A DNA stretch of 58,754 bases, taken from NCBI GenBank assembly GCA_934645125.1, contig CAKUDT010000001.1:1-58754 (forward strand), read 5' to 3'. The position numbers and the translations under genes are program-made. The notes under the pieces are model-generated. The model did not search any database. It saw only the letters and a program-made list of their open reading frames with translations, and was not told the origin of the DNA. Shown here piece by piece: positions 1 to 9,512 of the stretch. Position 1 is the first letter of the stretch. Every line of letters starts with the position of its first letter. The DNA is from an uncultured Eggerthellaceae bacterium (GTDB lineage: Bacteria; Actinomycetota; Coriobacteriia; Coriobacteriales; Eggerthellaceae).

Positions 1-455
1 GCACAATAGCGGCTGTGTTCATAAAGCGCCTTTCTCGTTTCGTTTCGTTGCGTTTTGTTGCGTTTCGTTATTGCTTTCATCGGGAGATCCGCATGCCGAA
101 ATCTTCGCCAACAGCCCCGTTACAAGCACCAACGCCCTCCAAACGCGCATTTTCACTCTTCGCAAATATAGCGTTTCGTGTACGCCGCCGCAACAAAAGC
201 AGTAAAAGCGCACGAACGAGTGGCGGCAAAGGACAAGGTTACAGCGCCGCAAGCGCCCTGCGCAATCGCTCCGCGGGACACGAAGTTGTGAGCGCGCAAC
301 GACCGCATGGTTTGCAAATCTCTAACTTCGACACCTCCTAAATTCCTAGAAAAACAGGGTGCTTTTTCACTCTTTGTTGACAATTTAGAAGCCATTGAGG
401 TGCACCTTCTATAATGAACAACTTGCAAAGAGGCAATTCTTGACGGGAGATCCTT

Positions 456-1586
456 TTGAAAAGCTTTGACCTGCTGCTTTCGGCGCCGTATTGCGACGTG
501 AAGACCGTCGGCATTCCACGCGGCTTTCTGTACTATCGCTTTGGCGTGCTTTGGAAGACGTTCTTCGAAGAACTGGGTTGCCACGTGGTGCTCAGCGGCG
601 AAACCGACCGACTCACGCTTAAGCACGGCGACGCTCTTTCGGTTGACGAGTGCTGTCTTGCCTCGAAGATTTTCATGGGCCACGTGGCCAGTCTTAAAGG
701 CCGCTGCGATGCCATATTCGTGCCACGTTACAACCGCTTTGGCCTGTGCAAAAGTTTCTGCACAAAATTCCAAGCCCTTCCCGACCTGGTAGAAAGCGCG
801 TTTAAGAACGCAGAGAACAACGCCGTTCTTCTCGACGACGCACAAGGAGGCGTAGCGAACGCAGCACCCCCAGCAGAGGGCGCCGCAGACGGAGTTGCAA
901 CCAGAACTGCAACCAGCGTCTCGCCCACATCAGCCACCTTCGCCGACCTGCGCATTCTTTCCGCAAACGTGGACGAATACGAAAAAACGCCGGAAAAAGA
1001 AGCGTTCGTCGCCCTAGGCATGAAAATGGGCCACAGCGCCGCGCAAGCAAAGCGCACGTACAACCACGCCCGTAAAGCACAAGATGCCTACGACGCCAAG
1101 CTGCATCAAAAACTCATGGCCGACCTGCGCTCCCCAGAAACCGATTCCACGGGCGCACCTAAACTGAAAATCCTGGTGGCCGCCCACCCTTATGTGGTTC
1201 ACGACCCCTATGTGGGCAAACCGCTCATCGACATGCTTCAGCAAATGGAAGCCATTCCACTGTTCGCCGACCATTACGATCGCGCACGCGCCTTCAAAAC
1301 GTCACGCAGCTTCTCCGACACGCTGCCGTGGCTGATCAATCGCGAGCTCATTGGCGCCATGCTGGACCTGCACGACAAGATTGATGGCATTGTGCTGGTA
1401 AGCGCCTTCCCTTGCGGACCCGACTCCATGACCAGCGACGCCGTAATGCGCTACATCAAAGGACGTCCCATTCTGTCCATCACCATCGACGCGCAAAGCG
1501 GCACAGCCGGCCTGGAAACCCGCGTGGAGAGCTTCGTCGATATCCTTCGCTACCAAAAACAGGGAGGCTACAGCCATGGCGAATAA
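456..1586 (+). CDS. Activase-associated protein (DUF2229-like module of the 2-hydroxyacyl-CoA dehydratase activase family), subunit 1
   Basis: 376-aa ORF with a TTG start 5 nt after GGGAGA. KTVGIPRGFLYYRFGVLWKTFFEELGCHVVLSG and FPCGPDSM resemble the non-ATPase modules usually fused to BcrA/BadF-type activases. Overlaps the next ORF by 11 nt. Confidence 0.55.
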   Translation: MKSFDLLLSAPYCDVKTVGIPRGFLYYRFGVLWKTFFEELGCHVVLSGETDRLTLKHGDALSVDECCLASKIFMGHVASLKGRCDAIFVPRYNRFGLCKSFCTKFQALPDLVESAFKNAENNAVLLDDAQGGVANAAPPAEGAADGVATRTATSVSPTSATFADLRILSANVDEYEKTPEKEAFVALGMKMGHSAAQAKRTYNHARKAQDAYDAKLHQKLMADLRSPETDSTGAPKLKILVAAHPYVVHDPYVGKPLIDMLQQMEAIPLFADHYDRARAFKTSRSFSDTLPWLINRELIGAMLDLHDKIDGIVLVSAFPCGPDSMTSDAVMRYIKGRPILSITIDAQSGTAGLETRVESFVDILRYQKQGGYSHGE

Positions 1587-2802
1587 CCTGGAGAAATTGC
1601 CGGCAAACGCCAGCGAAGCCCTGGACAACCTGAAGCGACACTACAGCGATTTGCGCACGTCAGTAACGAATATCAACAGCCTGCCCGAACCGCTGTATCG
1701 CATGCGCCACTCTGCAAAGCGCGGCAAGGCGAAGTCGGGCGAGCGCCATAAAGTGGCATTCATGCGTTACGGTTACTACGACGTAGCGTTTCGTTTCTTC
1801 GTGGAAGAATGTCTGGGCGCAGAATTCGTTCGACTCCCTGAGCCAACGCGCAAATCGTTGGAGCTGGGCACGCTGAACTCCAACGATTATGTCTGCGCGC
1901 CGTTCAAGCACATTTTGGGCGACTATATTGAAGCGCTGGAACGGGGCGCCGACACGCTCGTGCAGTTTTCGGGGCCATGCCGCCTGCATTATTACGGCGA
2001 GCTGCAAGAATCCATTCTGCGCGACATGGGTTACGAGTTCCAAATGGTTAACTTTGCGGAAGTAGCCGAAACATCCGCCAAGCAAAACATTGAATATTGC
2101 AAGCAGGGAATCAACCCTGACCTGGTGGTTCCCGTTGCCATCCCTAAATTCATGGTGACGCTTGAAATGATTGAGTGTCTGGATCGCTTCAACGATGCCT
2201 ACTTGGAAACCGCCGGTTTCGAAGCGAACCCCGGCGAATGCAAGCGCGTGCGCAAGGCGTACCTGGCCGATATGTACCGCGTGAAGAATCGCACGGAACT
2301 CCACGCCGCCCAAAAGCGTGGCCTGGAGGCGCTTGACGAAGTGCCGAAAAACGTTCCCGTTGACCCCATTCGCGTGGGCCTGGTGGGCGAATACTTCACT
2401 GCCGTTGACCCCTTCAGCAACTTGCATATCGAGGACAAACTGCAGGTCATGGGCGTTTCCATGGCACGCATGATGAACATGACAAACCGCAACTTGCGCT
2501 ACAACGAGAAGAATCTGCGTGCAAGCATCAGCGAATACGCGAAATTCGATATGGGACCCACGTCGTCGCTCACGATTGCCGCCGCAAAACGTTACGCTGA
2601 ACAGGGTTTCGATGGCATTGTCCACATGAAATCAACAGGCTGCACCCCCGAGATTGACGTTATGCCCGCGCTGCAACGCGTGAGCAATGATTACAACGTG
2701 CCCATTTTGTACCTGAGCTACGATTCGCAGACCTCCGACACCGGTCTGGACACACGCCTTGAGGCGTTTTACGACATGATTGCCATGAGAAAAGCACGCT
2801 AG
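1576..2802 (+). CDS. Activase-associated protein (DUF2229-like), subunit 2, paralogous to the previous gene
   Basis: 408-aa ORF with the same layout as the previous gene (VAFMRYGYYDVAFRFFVEECLGAEFVRLPEP, C-terminal STGCTPEIDV). Tightly packed between its neighbours. Confidence 0.55.
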   Translation: MANNLEKLPANASEALDNLKRHYSDLRTSVTNINSLPEPLYRMRHSAKRGKAKSGERHKVAFMRYGYYDVAFRFFVEECLGAEFVRLPEPTRKSLELGTLNSNDYVCAPFKHILGDYIEALERGADTLVQFSGPCRLHYYGELQESILRDMGYEFQMVNFAEVAETSAKQNIEYCKQGINPDLVVPVAIPKFMVTLEMIECLDRFNDAYLETAGFEANPGECKRVRKAYLADMYRVKNRTELHAAQKRGLEALDEVPKNVPVDPIRVGLVGEYFTAVDPFSNLHIEDKLQVMGVSMARMMNMTNRNLRYNEKNLRASISEYAKFDMGPTSSLTIAAAKRYAEQGFDGIVHMKSTGCTPEIDVMPALQRVSNDYNVPILYLSYDSQTSDTGLDTRLEAFYDMIAMRKAR

Positions 2803-2810
2803 GAGAAAGC

Positions 2811-3776
2811 ATGAAGGCATTTTTGGGAATCGATACTGGTTCCATTTCCACTAAGGGCGTTGTTATTGACGAGCAGCGCAACATCATTGCCCGGTCGTAT
2901 CTTTGGACGGAGGGCAACCCCACCGTTGCCGCGCGCAAAGTGGCCGATGAGCTGCATGAACAGCTGCAGGAAGGCGTCTATGACGCGGAAGTTATGGCCG
3001 TGGGCACCACGGGTTCGGCACGTCGCTTGGTCGGCGCCATTCTGGGCGCAACGGTGGTGAAAAACGAGATCACCGCACATGCCGTGGGAACCACGCACCT
3101 GCACCCCGATGTGCGCACCATTCTGGAAATTGGCGGCCAAGATTCAAAGATTATCTGCATCGATGGCGGCATTGCCACCGATTACGCCATGAACACGCTG
3201 TGCGCAGCAGGAACGGGATCATTCCTGTCCAGCCAAGCGCATCGCTTGGGCGTGGCGGTGGAAGAGTTCGGCGACATTGCGCTAACCTCGCAACATCCTG
3301 CCAGCATTGCGGCGCGCTGCACCGTATTCGCAGAAAGCGACCTGGTGCACAAGATCCAAGTGGGCTATCCGCGCGAGGATATTATTGCGGGCCTGTGCAA
3401 GGCCGTTGCAGTAAACTACCTGAACAACGTGGGAAAAGGCAAGAAAATCGCAGCACCCGTAGTGTTTCAAGGCGGCGTGAGCAAAAACGTGGGCGTGGTG
3501 AAGGCGTTCGAAGACGCCCTGGGCATGAACGTTCTTGTTGACCCCGACGGCCACTTGATGGGCGCTTACGGAGCCGCTCTTTTAGCAGCAGACTCCCCCA
3601 CATCGCAATGGAAACCGTTCGACTTCAACATTGACAACATCGAATTTCGCACGCGCGAAGTTATCTGCCAGAAATGCGCAAACCATTGCGAAATTGTGTG
3701 CGTCTATCGCGATGACACGCTTATCGACGCGTGGGGCAACCGTTGCGAAAAAGGCGAGATTCGCGTAAAGAAATAG
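2811..3776 (+). CDS. BadF/BadG/BcrA/BcrD-type ATPase (putative [4Fe-4S] electron-transfer activase)
   Basis: 321 aa with AGGAGA upstream. Actin-fold motifs FLGIDTGSISTKGVVID and IGGQDSK. C-terminal Cys cluster CQKCANHCEIVC...CEKG. Confidence 0.8.
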   Translation: MKAFLGIDTGSISTKGVVIDEQRNIIARSYLWTEGNPTVAARKVADELHEQLQEGVYDAEVMAVGTTGSARRLVGAILGATVVKNEITAHAVGTTHLHPDVRTILEIGGQDSKIICIDGGIATDYAMNTLCAAGTGSFLSSQAHRLGVAVEEFGDIALTSQHPASIAARCTVFAESDLVHKIQVGYPREDIIAGLCKAVAVNYLNNVGKGKKIAAPVVFQGGVSKNVGVVKAFEDALGMNVLVDPDGHLMGAYGAALLAADSPTSQWKPFDFNIDNIEFRTREVICQKCANHCEIVCVYRDDTLIDAWGNRCEKGEIRVKK

Positions 3777-4055
3777 TGGTCAAGACTCCATGCGGGCGTA
3801 CGCGCGCAGGATGCTTGATGACCGCACTGCTCACGCCCACGCCCCGCGGCACAGTCGGCGTCGCCCGCGTATCACGCACCGAGCAGCGTCATCCGCGACA
3901 AACGCGTGTCATCCATGCGATGCCTTCGTGGCAAGCGCGTCCCTTCGCCTGCACTCTTTAACGTTTTTTGCATCGTATTTCACGCCGCGCAGTGCGCCCA
4001 CCGCTTTTCGGGTACAATGCGTGAAGCAACGAGCACAAATCCTGGAAGGAAAACC

Positions 4056-4274
4056 ATGTCTAAACTTGCTGTTTTAAAAGCCATTTTGGCGGAGAACCTG
4101 GATATCGACCCCGAATCCGTGAAAAGCGATTCGACGTTTGAGTCTCTGGGCATCGATTCGCTGGATCTGCTTGAAATTATCACCGAGCTTGAAGATCGCC
4201 TTGACATTGACTTTGGCGAGCCCGAGGGTCTGCAAAACGTTGGCGACCTGGTAAATTACCTGGAAACTCTGTAA
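4056..4274 (+). CDS. acpP: Acyl carrier protein
   Basis: Internal ATG of ORF 3906-4274, preceded by GGAAGGA. 72 aa with the phosphopantetheine attachment context LGIDSLDLLEI. Confidence 0.8.
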   Translation: MSKLAVLKAILAENLDIDPESVKSDSTFESLGIDSLDLLEIITELEDRLDIDFGEPEGLQNVGDLVNYLETL

Positions 4275-4307
4275 GAGCAAAACCACGCAAACAGAAAGAA
4301 GAGAGTA

Positions 4308-4733
4308 ATGAGCAATTCTGGAAAGAAAGTTGCCGTACATTATCGCGGCACGCTTGACGACGGCACCGAGTTCGATTCTTCCTACAGCCGCAATGAGCCG
4401 CTGCGCTTCACCTGCATGGCTGGCATGATGATTCCCGGCTTCGACAAGGCCGTTGAGAACATGGAAGTTGGCGAAACCGTAACGGTTCGTCTTGAGCCCG
4501 AAGATGCTTACGGCATGCCCGACCCTTCGATGGTCATCGAGTTCCCCATCGATCAGGTTCCCAACCCTGAAGAAATGCATGTTGGCGACCAGGTTCTGCT
4601 TCGCGACAACTTTGGCCAGCCCGTTCCAGCACGTATTGCCGAGATCACCGATGCAGCCGTTACCGTTGACTTGAATCACGAAATGGCTGGTAAGGTGCTG
4701 AATTTCGAAATCACGCTGCTAAGCGCTGAGTAA
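4308..4733 (+). CDS. FKBP-type peptidyl-prolyl cis-trans isomerase (SlyD-like, no His-rich tail)
   Basis: 141 aa. VAVHYRGTLDDGTEFDSSY...MMIPGFDKAVENMEVGE is typical of short SlyD/FkpB-type FKBPs. Confidence 0.8.
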   Translation: MSNSGKKVAVHYRGTLDDGTEFDSSYSRNEPLRFTCMAGMMIPGFDKAVENMEVGETVTVRLEPEDAYGMPDPSMVIEFPIDQVPNPEEMHVGDQVLLRDNFGQPVPARIAEITDAAVTVDLNHEMAGKVLNFEITLLSAE

Positions 4734-4818
4734 TTGCGCAACGCGTTGGCATGCTGGTGCATGGCAAGCGCATCATAGCGCAGCGTTGCAAGTGCACTAC
4801 AAAACGCACCGCAAATGC

Positions 4819-4868
4819 GAAGGGCGCGGCTTCCGATTCCGTTCGGTTGCCGTGCCCTTCTTGTTTCT
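4819..4868 (+). terminator. Intrinsic terminator after the FKBP gene
   Basis: GAAGGGCGCGGC ...18 nt... GCCGTGCCCTTC (12 bp including one G-T pair), followed by TTGTTTCTC. Confidence 0.55.
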
Positions 4869-4912
4869 CGCTTTCCCTTTCACGCTTTCCCTTTCGCCTG
4901 AAAGAGTAACGC

Positions 4913-4948
4913 TAAATGTTGACAAAAGGCAGCGATTGTCTACATTTA
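4913..4948. repeat. Degenerate copy of the 33-bp palindromic element (TAAATGTTGACA...TGTCTACATTTA)
   Basis: Shares TGTTGACAAAAGG with the element at 6317 and 37236. Its own 12-nt arms match at 11 of 12 positions. Contains a TTGACA hexamer and lies upstream of the MFS gene. Confidence 0.5.
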
Positions 4949-5068
4949 GTTGCAGACTCGTGGATATAATGCTCAGTTTTCAAAATGGCGCACCGGCAGA
5001 AGCTCATTGCGCTATTTTTAATGTTTCCGCAATCCCACATTGGGCCACTTTGAAGCTTCAGGAGTTAC

Positions 5069-6292
5069 ATGAAGAAATTGAATAGCTGGCTTGTTGCGCC
5101 ACAACCGCGCTTGGGCATATTCGGCCTGTTAATACTGCTGGTTGTTGCTAGCCTGATTACGCCGTTGTCGCTGGATATGTACACGCCGGCGGTGCCGCAC
5201 ATGACCAACCACTTCAACACAAATGCCTCCACCGTGAATTTAACGCTGGTGGGGTACTACCTGTTTTTCTCTGTGGGTCTTCTCATTTTCGGTCCCATCT
5301 CGGACAAGCATGGGCGCCGTCCGATCCTTATGGGAGGAATGGCGGTGTATACGGTGGGCAGCGCGTTATGTGCAATGGCAACATCGATTTGGGCGCTCAT
5401 TGCCTTTCGCGTGGTGGAAGCGCTTGGCGCAGGCGCGGTCAGCGCGGTATCCACGGCGGTGGTGAAAGATGCGTTTTATGCCGAGCGACGCGAAGCCGTG
5501 CTGTCTGTTGTGCAAGTCATGTTCGTAATAGGTCCAGTTCTGGCGCCTGTTGTGGGCGCATTCATCGTGCGCGTTGCCGACTGGCGCGTAACGTTTTGGG
5601 TTCTTGCCGCAGTAGGTGCTCTCTGCTTCGTGCTAACCGTCTTGTTCAAGGAAACGCTGCCAGAAAACGAACGCTACCAGGGCAGCGTGCTGGGCAGCCT
5701 TTGCAATTTGGGCGTGGTGGCAAAAAACAAGGGATTTACCTCGTTTCTGCTGATCGTGGGCACGCTTAACCTGCCGTTTATGGCGTATATCGCCGTGGCG
5801 TCTTATGTGTATATCGACTTTTTCGGATTGGACGAAATGGGCTACAGCCTGTATTTTGCTATTGCTGCGCTCCTCACGGCACTTGGTCCGTTTATCTGGC
5901 TCGTGGCGCAGAAATTCATGGACGCGCGCCGCTTCACGAACATCATTTTGACCATTGCCGGCTTAAGCGGCGTAGCCATGCTTTGCGTGGGGCAGATTTC
6001 TCCCACCCTGTTTTGCATGACGTTCCTGGTGTTTGCCGTAATGCAAGCTTGCGTTCGCCCCTACAGCACGAACATTCTGCTTTCTCAGCAAGACGACGAC
6101 ACCGGAGCCGCTTCGTCGCTTATCAACTTCTTGCACACTGCCCTTGGAAGCTTGGGCATGGTTATCGCAGTGCTGCCCTGGACAAACTACGTAGAAGGCG
6201 TAGGGGTGATTATCGTAGCCTCCATGGTTATAGCCGGCTTAGGCTGGTTTGCGCTGCTGCGGTCAAGCGCGCCGCTCAAGGGCGTGAAGTAA
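5069..6292 (+). CDS. MFS transporter (Bcr/CflA-like drug/H+ antiporter family)
   Basis: 407 aa, about 12 hydrophobic segments, MFS loop motif GPISDKHGRRPIL, AGGAG RBS. Confidence 0.8.
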   Translation: MKKLNSWLVAPQPRLGIFGLLILLVVASLITPLSLDMYTPAVPHMTNHFNTNASTVNLTLVGYYLFFSVGLLIFGPISDKHGRRPILMGGMAVYTVGSALCAMATSIWALIAFRVVEALGAGAVSAVSTAVVKDAFYAERREAVLSVVQVMFVIGPVLAPVVGAFIVRVADWRVTFWVLAAVGALCFVLTVLFKETLPENERYQGSVLGSLCNLGVVAKNKGFTSFLLIVGTLNLPFMAYIAVASYVYIDFFGLDEMGYSLYFAIAALLTALGPFIWLVAQKFMDARRFTNIILTIAGLSGVAMLCVGQISPTLFCMTFLVFAVMQACVRPYSTNILLSQQDDDTGAASSLINFLHTALGSLGMVIAVLPWTNYVEGVGVIIVASMVIAGLGWFALLRSSAPLKGVK

Positions 6293-6316
6293 GGATAAAA
6301 GCGCAGTTCAAACCCC

Positions 6317-6349
6317 ATTTGTTGACAAAAGGTGGGGTAATTTGTCAAC
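6317..6349. repeat. 33-bp palindromic element, intergenic copy
   Basis: ATTTGTTGACAAAAGGTGGGGTAATTTGTCAAC is identical to 37236-37268. Arms are GTTGACAAA/TTTGTCAAC. It sits between convergent genes and could also act as a hairpin terminator. Confidence 0.85.
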
Positions 6350-6369
6350 AACGGAGGTGCTGGTGCAAA

Positions 6370-7302
6370 CTACTTCGACTTGGCGTACACCCTAATGTTC
6401 ACGGTGTTGTAACCAGCGTATTCCAGGCTCAGGTAGTTGCCGTTGCTATCGTACCCATAAAACGTTGTGTCCTGACGGTTGTAATCTTTGTTGAACCCGG
6501 CGGCAATGCATTCGGCGCAATACGCATCAAAATCAGCACGGAACATCTGCGCAATAACAACCGTAAACGAATCCTCTCGGTCGCTTTGAATGGTGCCCAT
6601 CAGCGATGGCGGCTCGGGCAGCAACGCGCCAACGCCCACCTTCGGCCATGAAATCGTTACGGGCACCAGGGGTTCATCGATATGAACTTCCATATACGCG
6701 GGCGTACTGTACTGGTAATAATAAACAGAAACGCGATAGCCATCTTTGTTGTACGCAGTATAGCCCGACGACGACGTTGTTGCATCAACATCGAAACCCG
6801 CCTTCTTCAAACGAGCCGCATAATCTGTCCATTCGCTGCTGGTTTCGCAGGGGATATCGATTTCAAAGAACGATGTTGCGCTATAGATATAGCCTTTTTC
6901 CTGATCAGGCTTCGGAAGCATAGTGGCAAGCCCCGATTCCGGCCACGTGTAAGCGGAGTTCAGACGCTGCTGCTGCTCAGCCTCCCAGCTTTTGTCTTCA
7001 ACCATGTTTGCAATGCAGCCAATAACAGTAAGCAGCACAAATGCGGCAACAATGCCGCAAACAATCTTCTTGGCGCGACTCATGGCCTGGCCAACAGCCT
7101 TATTTCGAGCGCTCTGTTTGCGTTTCAGGGCCGCTTCGGCTGCTTTTTGTGCAGCCGCTTCCTCCTTGGATTCCAAGCGCGAAGCGGTCATTGGGTCAAG
7201 CGCTTCCCTGTTTCCGCAGTACGGGCAAACCAACATAATATGGTCTTCATCCAAGACCATCGTGCCGCCACACTTCGAGCACTCCATATGTTCGCTGCTC
7301 AT
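6370..7302 (-). CDS. Zinc-ribbon membrane protein with two tandem extracellular domains (hypothetical)
   Basis: Start moved to the ATG at 7302, after AAGGAGA. CSKCGG...CPYCGN zinc ribbon, one TM helix, then two similar ~90-aa repeats (W P ... GF..D...GY pattern). Confidence 0.65.
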   Translation of the reverse strand: MSSEHMECSKCGGTMVLDEDHIMLVCPYCGNREALDPMTASRLESKEEAAAQKAAEAALKRKQSARNKAVGQAMSRAKKIVCGIVAAFVLLTVIGCIANMVEDKSWEAEQQQRLNSAYTWPESGLATMLPKPDQEKGYIYSATSFFEIDIPCETSSEWTDYAARLKKAGFDVDATTSSSGYTAYNKDGYRVSVYYYQYSTPAYMEVHIDEPLVPVTISWPKVGVGALLPEPPSLMGTIQSDREDSFTVVIAQMFRADFDAYCAECIAAGFNKDYNRQDTTFYGYDSNGNYLSLEYAGYNTVNIRVYAKSK

Positions 7303-7513
7303 CGGTTCGTTCTCCTTATCTAGCAAAATCCGGCGCACCGCCCGATTCCGCCCATGCTCAACCCGCTCGATAAAAAAGCCCGCAGTCGCAACCACGGGCT
7401 TTTATTTGCTTCGCTTCCGCAGCGCCTTCGCGCTGCAACTGCGTTTCGTTCATGCTCCCTATTGCCGCGAGCGCTTACGCGCAACTCGCTGCAAATCATA
7501 GCAAAGTTTAGTG

Positions 7514-9301
7514 CTACAGAATAGAAAGATTCACTTCTTTCAGCTGACGCGTGGTCACCTGGTTCGGTGCGCCCGTCATCAAGTCCGATGCACTGGACGT
7601 CTTGGGGAAGGCAATAACGTCGCGAATGGAGCTCTTGCCTGCAAGCAGCATGACCAAACGGTCCAGGCCCAGCGCAATGCCACCATGAGGCGGAGCGCCC
7701 AGCTCAAGCGCATGAATCAAGTGGCCGAACTTGATGTCCAAATCTTCCTCGGATACACCGCAGCGACGCAAAACGCGCTTCTGCTCTTCGGCGTTGTGAA
7801 TACGAATCGAGCCGCCACCCAGCTCGTAGCCGTCCATAACAATGTCATAGCTATAAGAACCGCAGGCCAGCGGGTCGGTCTCAATCTTGTCCAGATCTTC
7901 TTCAAGCACATGCGTGAAAGGATGATGCTCAGCGGCGTACTTCTTCTCTTCTTCGTCGTACTTGAACATGGGGAAGTTCACCACCCACAGCAGCGCATGG
8001 CCGTTGCGCTCGATGCCCAAGCGATCAGCCATGGTCAGACGCAGCGCGGAAAGCACGGCGGCAACCGTAGCGGGCTTATCGGCAGCAAACAGCAGCAAGT
8101 CGCCCGGCTGAGCATCCATTGCCTGCTTGATCTGGCCGTATACTTCATCGCCCAAGAACTTGATAATGGGGCTCTTGCCCTTCATCTCGGTATCGGCGTC
8201 GGTAAATGCAATCCACGCCATGCCAGCAGCGCCATTCGCGGCAGCAACTTCGGCAAGCTTCTCAATCTCGCCACGGCTCCAGTTGCCCGCGCCCTTGCAG
8301 TTAATGGCCTTCACAATGCCGCCCGCTTCCACGGTCTTGGCAAAAACGCCGAAACCGCAGCCGCGCACGATGTCGGTCAGATTTACCAGCTCCATGCCAA
8401 AGCGGATGTCGGGGCGATCGCAGCCGAAGCGGTCCATTGCCTCGGACCACTGCATACGCTGCAACGGGAACTCGTGCTCCACGCCAGCGGCGGCAAGCAC
8501 TTCCTTCATAACGTCTTCCATCATGTCGATGACATCTTCGCCTTCAACGAACGACATCTCAATGTCTACCTGGGTAAACTCGGGCTGACGATCGGCGCGC
8601 AGGTCCTCGTCGCGGAAGCAACGGGCAATCTGATAGTAGCGCTCAATGCCAGCAACCATAAGCATTTGCTTGAACTGCTGCGGGCTTTGCGGCAGCGCAT
8701 AAAACTTGCCGGGGTTCGGACGGCTGGGCACAATGTAGTCGCGCGCGCCTTCAGGTGTGCTATTTGCCAGAATGGGCGTTTCGACTTCGACGAAGTCACG
8801 CTCGTTGAGCGCCTTGCGCATGGCCTGAGCCACAACGTGACGCAGCTTGATGGCGGCATACATCTCGGGACGACGCAGGTCCATATAACGCCACTTCATG
8901 CGCGTTTCTTCGGCAACGGCAATGCCGTCTTCAATTTCAAACGGCGGCGTAACGGACTTGTTCAGCATCACAATGGACGAAGCAAGCACTTCAATCTCGC
9001 CCGTAAGCATGTTGGGGTTCACGGCCTCTTCGCCACGAGCGCGTACTTTGCCCGTGATTTTCAGAACGTCTTCGCGGCTCAAGTGCTCGGCGATAGCGAA
9101 CTCATCGGCGGTTACGCAATCGGGGTCAATGATGACCTGGGTATAGCCATCACGATCGCGCAGGTCGCAGAAGATAATGCCGCCGTGGTCGCGCGTATGC
9201 CACGCCCAACCAGTCAGCACAACCTCGCGCCCAATGTCTTCTTTGCGCAGCTCGCCACAAGTGGCGGTGTGCATGCAGTACTCATTTTTGAAATCGGTCA
9301 T
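7514..9301 (-). CDS. aspS: Aspartate--tRNA ligase
   Basis: Start at the ATG at 9301, after AAGGAG. Class II motifs include FYALPQSPQQFKQMLMVAGIERYYQIARCFRDEDLRADRQPEFTQVDIEMSF and GGGSIRIH. Confidence 0.95.
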   Translation of the reverse strand: MTDFKNEYCMHTATCGELRKEDIGREVVLTGWAWHTRDHGGIIFCDLRDRDGYTQVIIDPDCVTADEFAIAEHLSREDVLKITGKVRARGEEAVNPNMLTGEIEVLASSIVMLNKSVTPPFEIEDGIAVAEETRMKWRYMDLRRPEMYAAIKLRHVVAQAMRKALNERDFVEVETPILANSTPEGARDYIVPSRPNPGKFYALPQSPQQFKQMLMVAGIERYYQIARCFRDEDLRADRQPEFTQVDIEMSFVEGEDVIDMMEDVMKEVLAAAGVEHEFPLQRMQWSEAMDRFGCDRPDIRFGMELVNLTDIVRGCGFGVFAKTVEAGGIVKAINCKGAGNWSRGEIEKLAEVAAANGAAGMAWIAFTDADTEMKGKSPIIKFLGDEVYGQIKQAMDAQPGDLLLFAADKPATVAAVLSALRLTMADRLGIERNGHALLWVVNFPMFKYDEEEKKYAAEHHPFTHVLEEDLDKIETDPLACGSYSYDIVMDGYELGGGSIRIHNAEEQKRVLRRCGVSEEDLDIKFGHLIHALELGAPPHGGIALGLDRLVMLLAGKSSIRDVIAFPKTSSASDLMTGAPNQVTTRQLKEVNLSIL

Positions 9302-9512
9302 TCCTGCTCCTTTATAACTGCGAAGCGGCTCGAAAGCCCCTTTATTCAACCCTCTTGCGGATCTACTCCGCGGAAAACGCCTTCATCTTGCACATCCTGC
9401 GCACCTCGGCCGCGTGCGCGACCACTCGTCCGGCCCCGCGTTCAGCCACGAGCAAACGGCAAGCCCAGCCGCAGGCCCAGCCGCAAACCATCAACGAAGG
9501 CAAACGCTTATT

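Noticed and set aside
377-415. TTGACA ... TATAAT upstream of the first gene
   Set aside because: The hexamers are perfect but separated by 27 nt, too far for a standard sigma70 promoter. It may still contain a promoter using a different -35 (TTAGAA with a 19-nt spacer), but that is too uncertain to call.
3906-4055. N-terminal extension of the ACP ORF
   Set aside because: The extension has no RBS and an odd composition. The internal ATG at 4056 has a GGAAGGA RBS and gives a canonical 72-aa ACP.
9302-9512. T-box or other leader between hisS and aspS
   Set aside because: I see no T-box consensus (AGGGTGGTACCGCG-like) and no convincing terminator/antiterminator pair. There is only a short direct repeat, GCCCAGCCGCA, twice.
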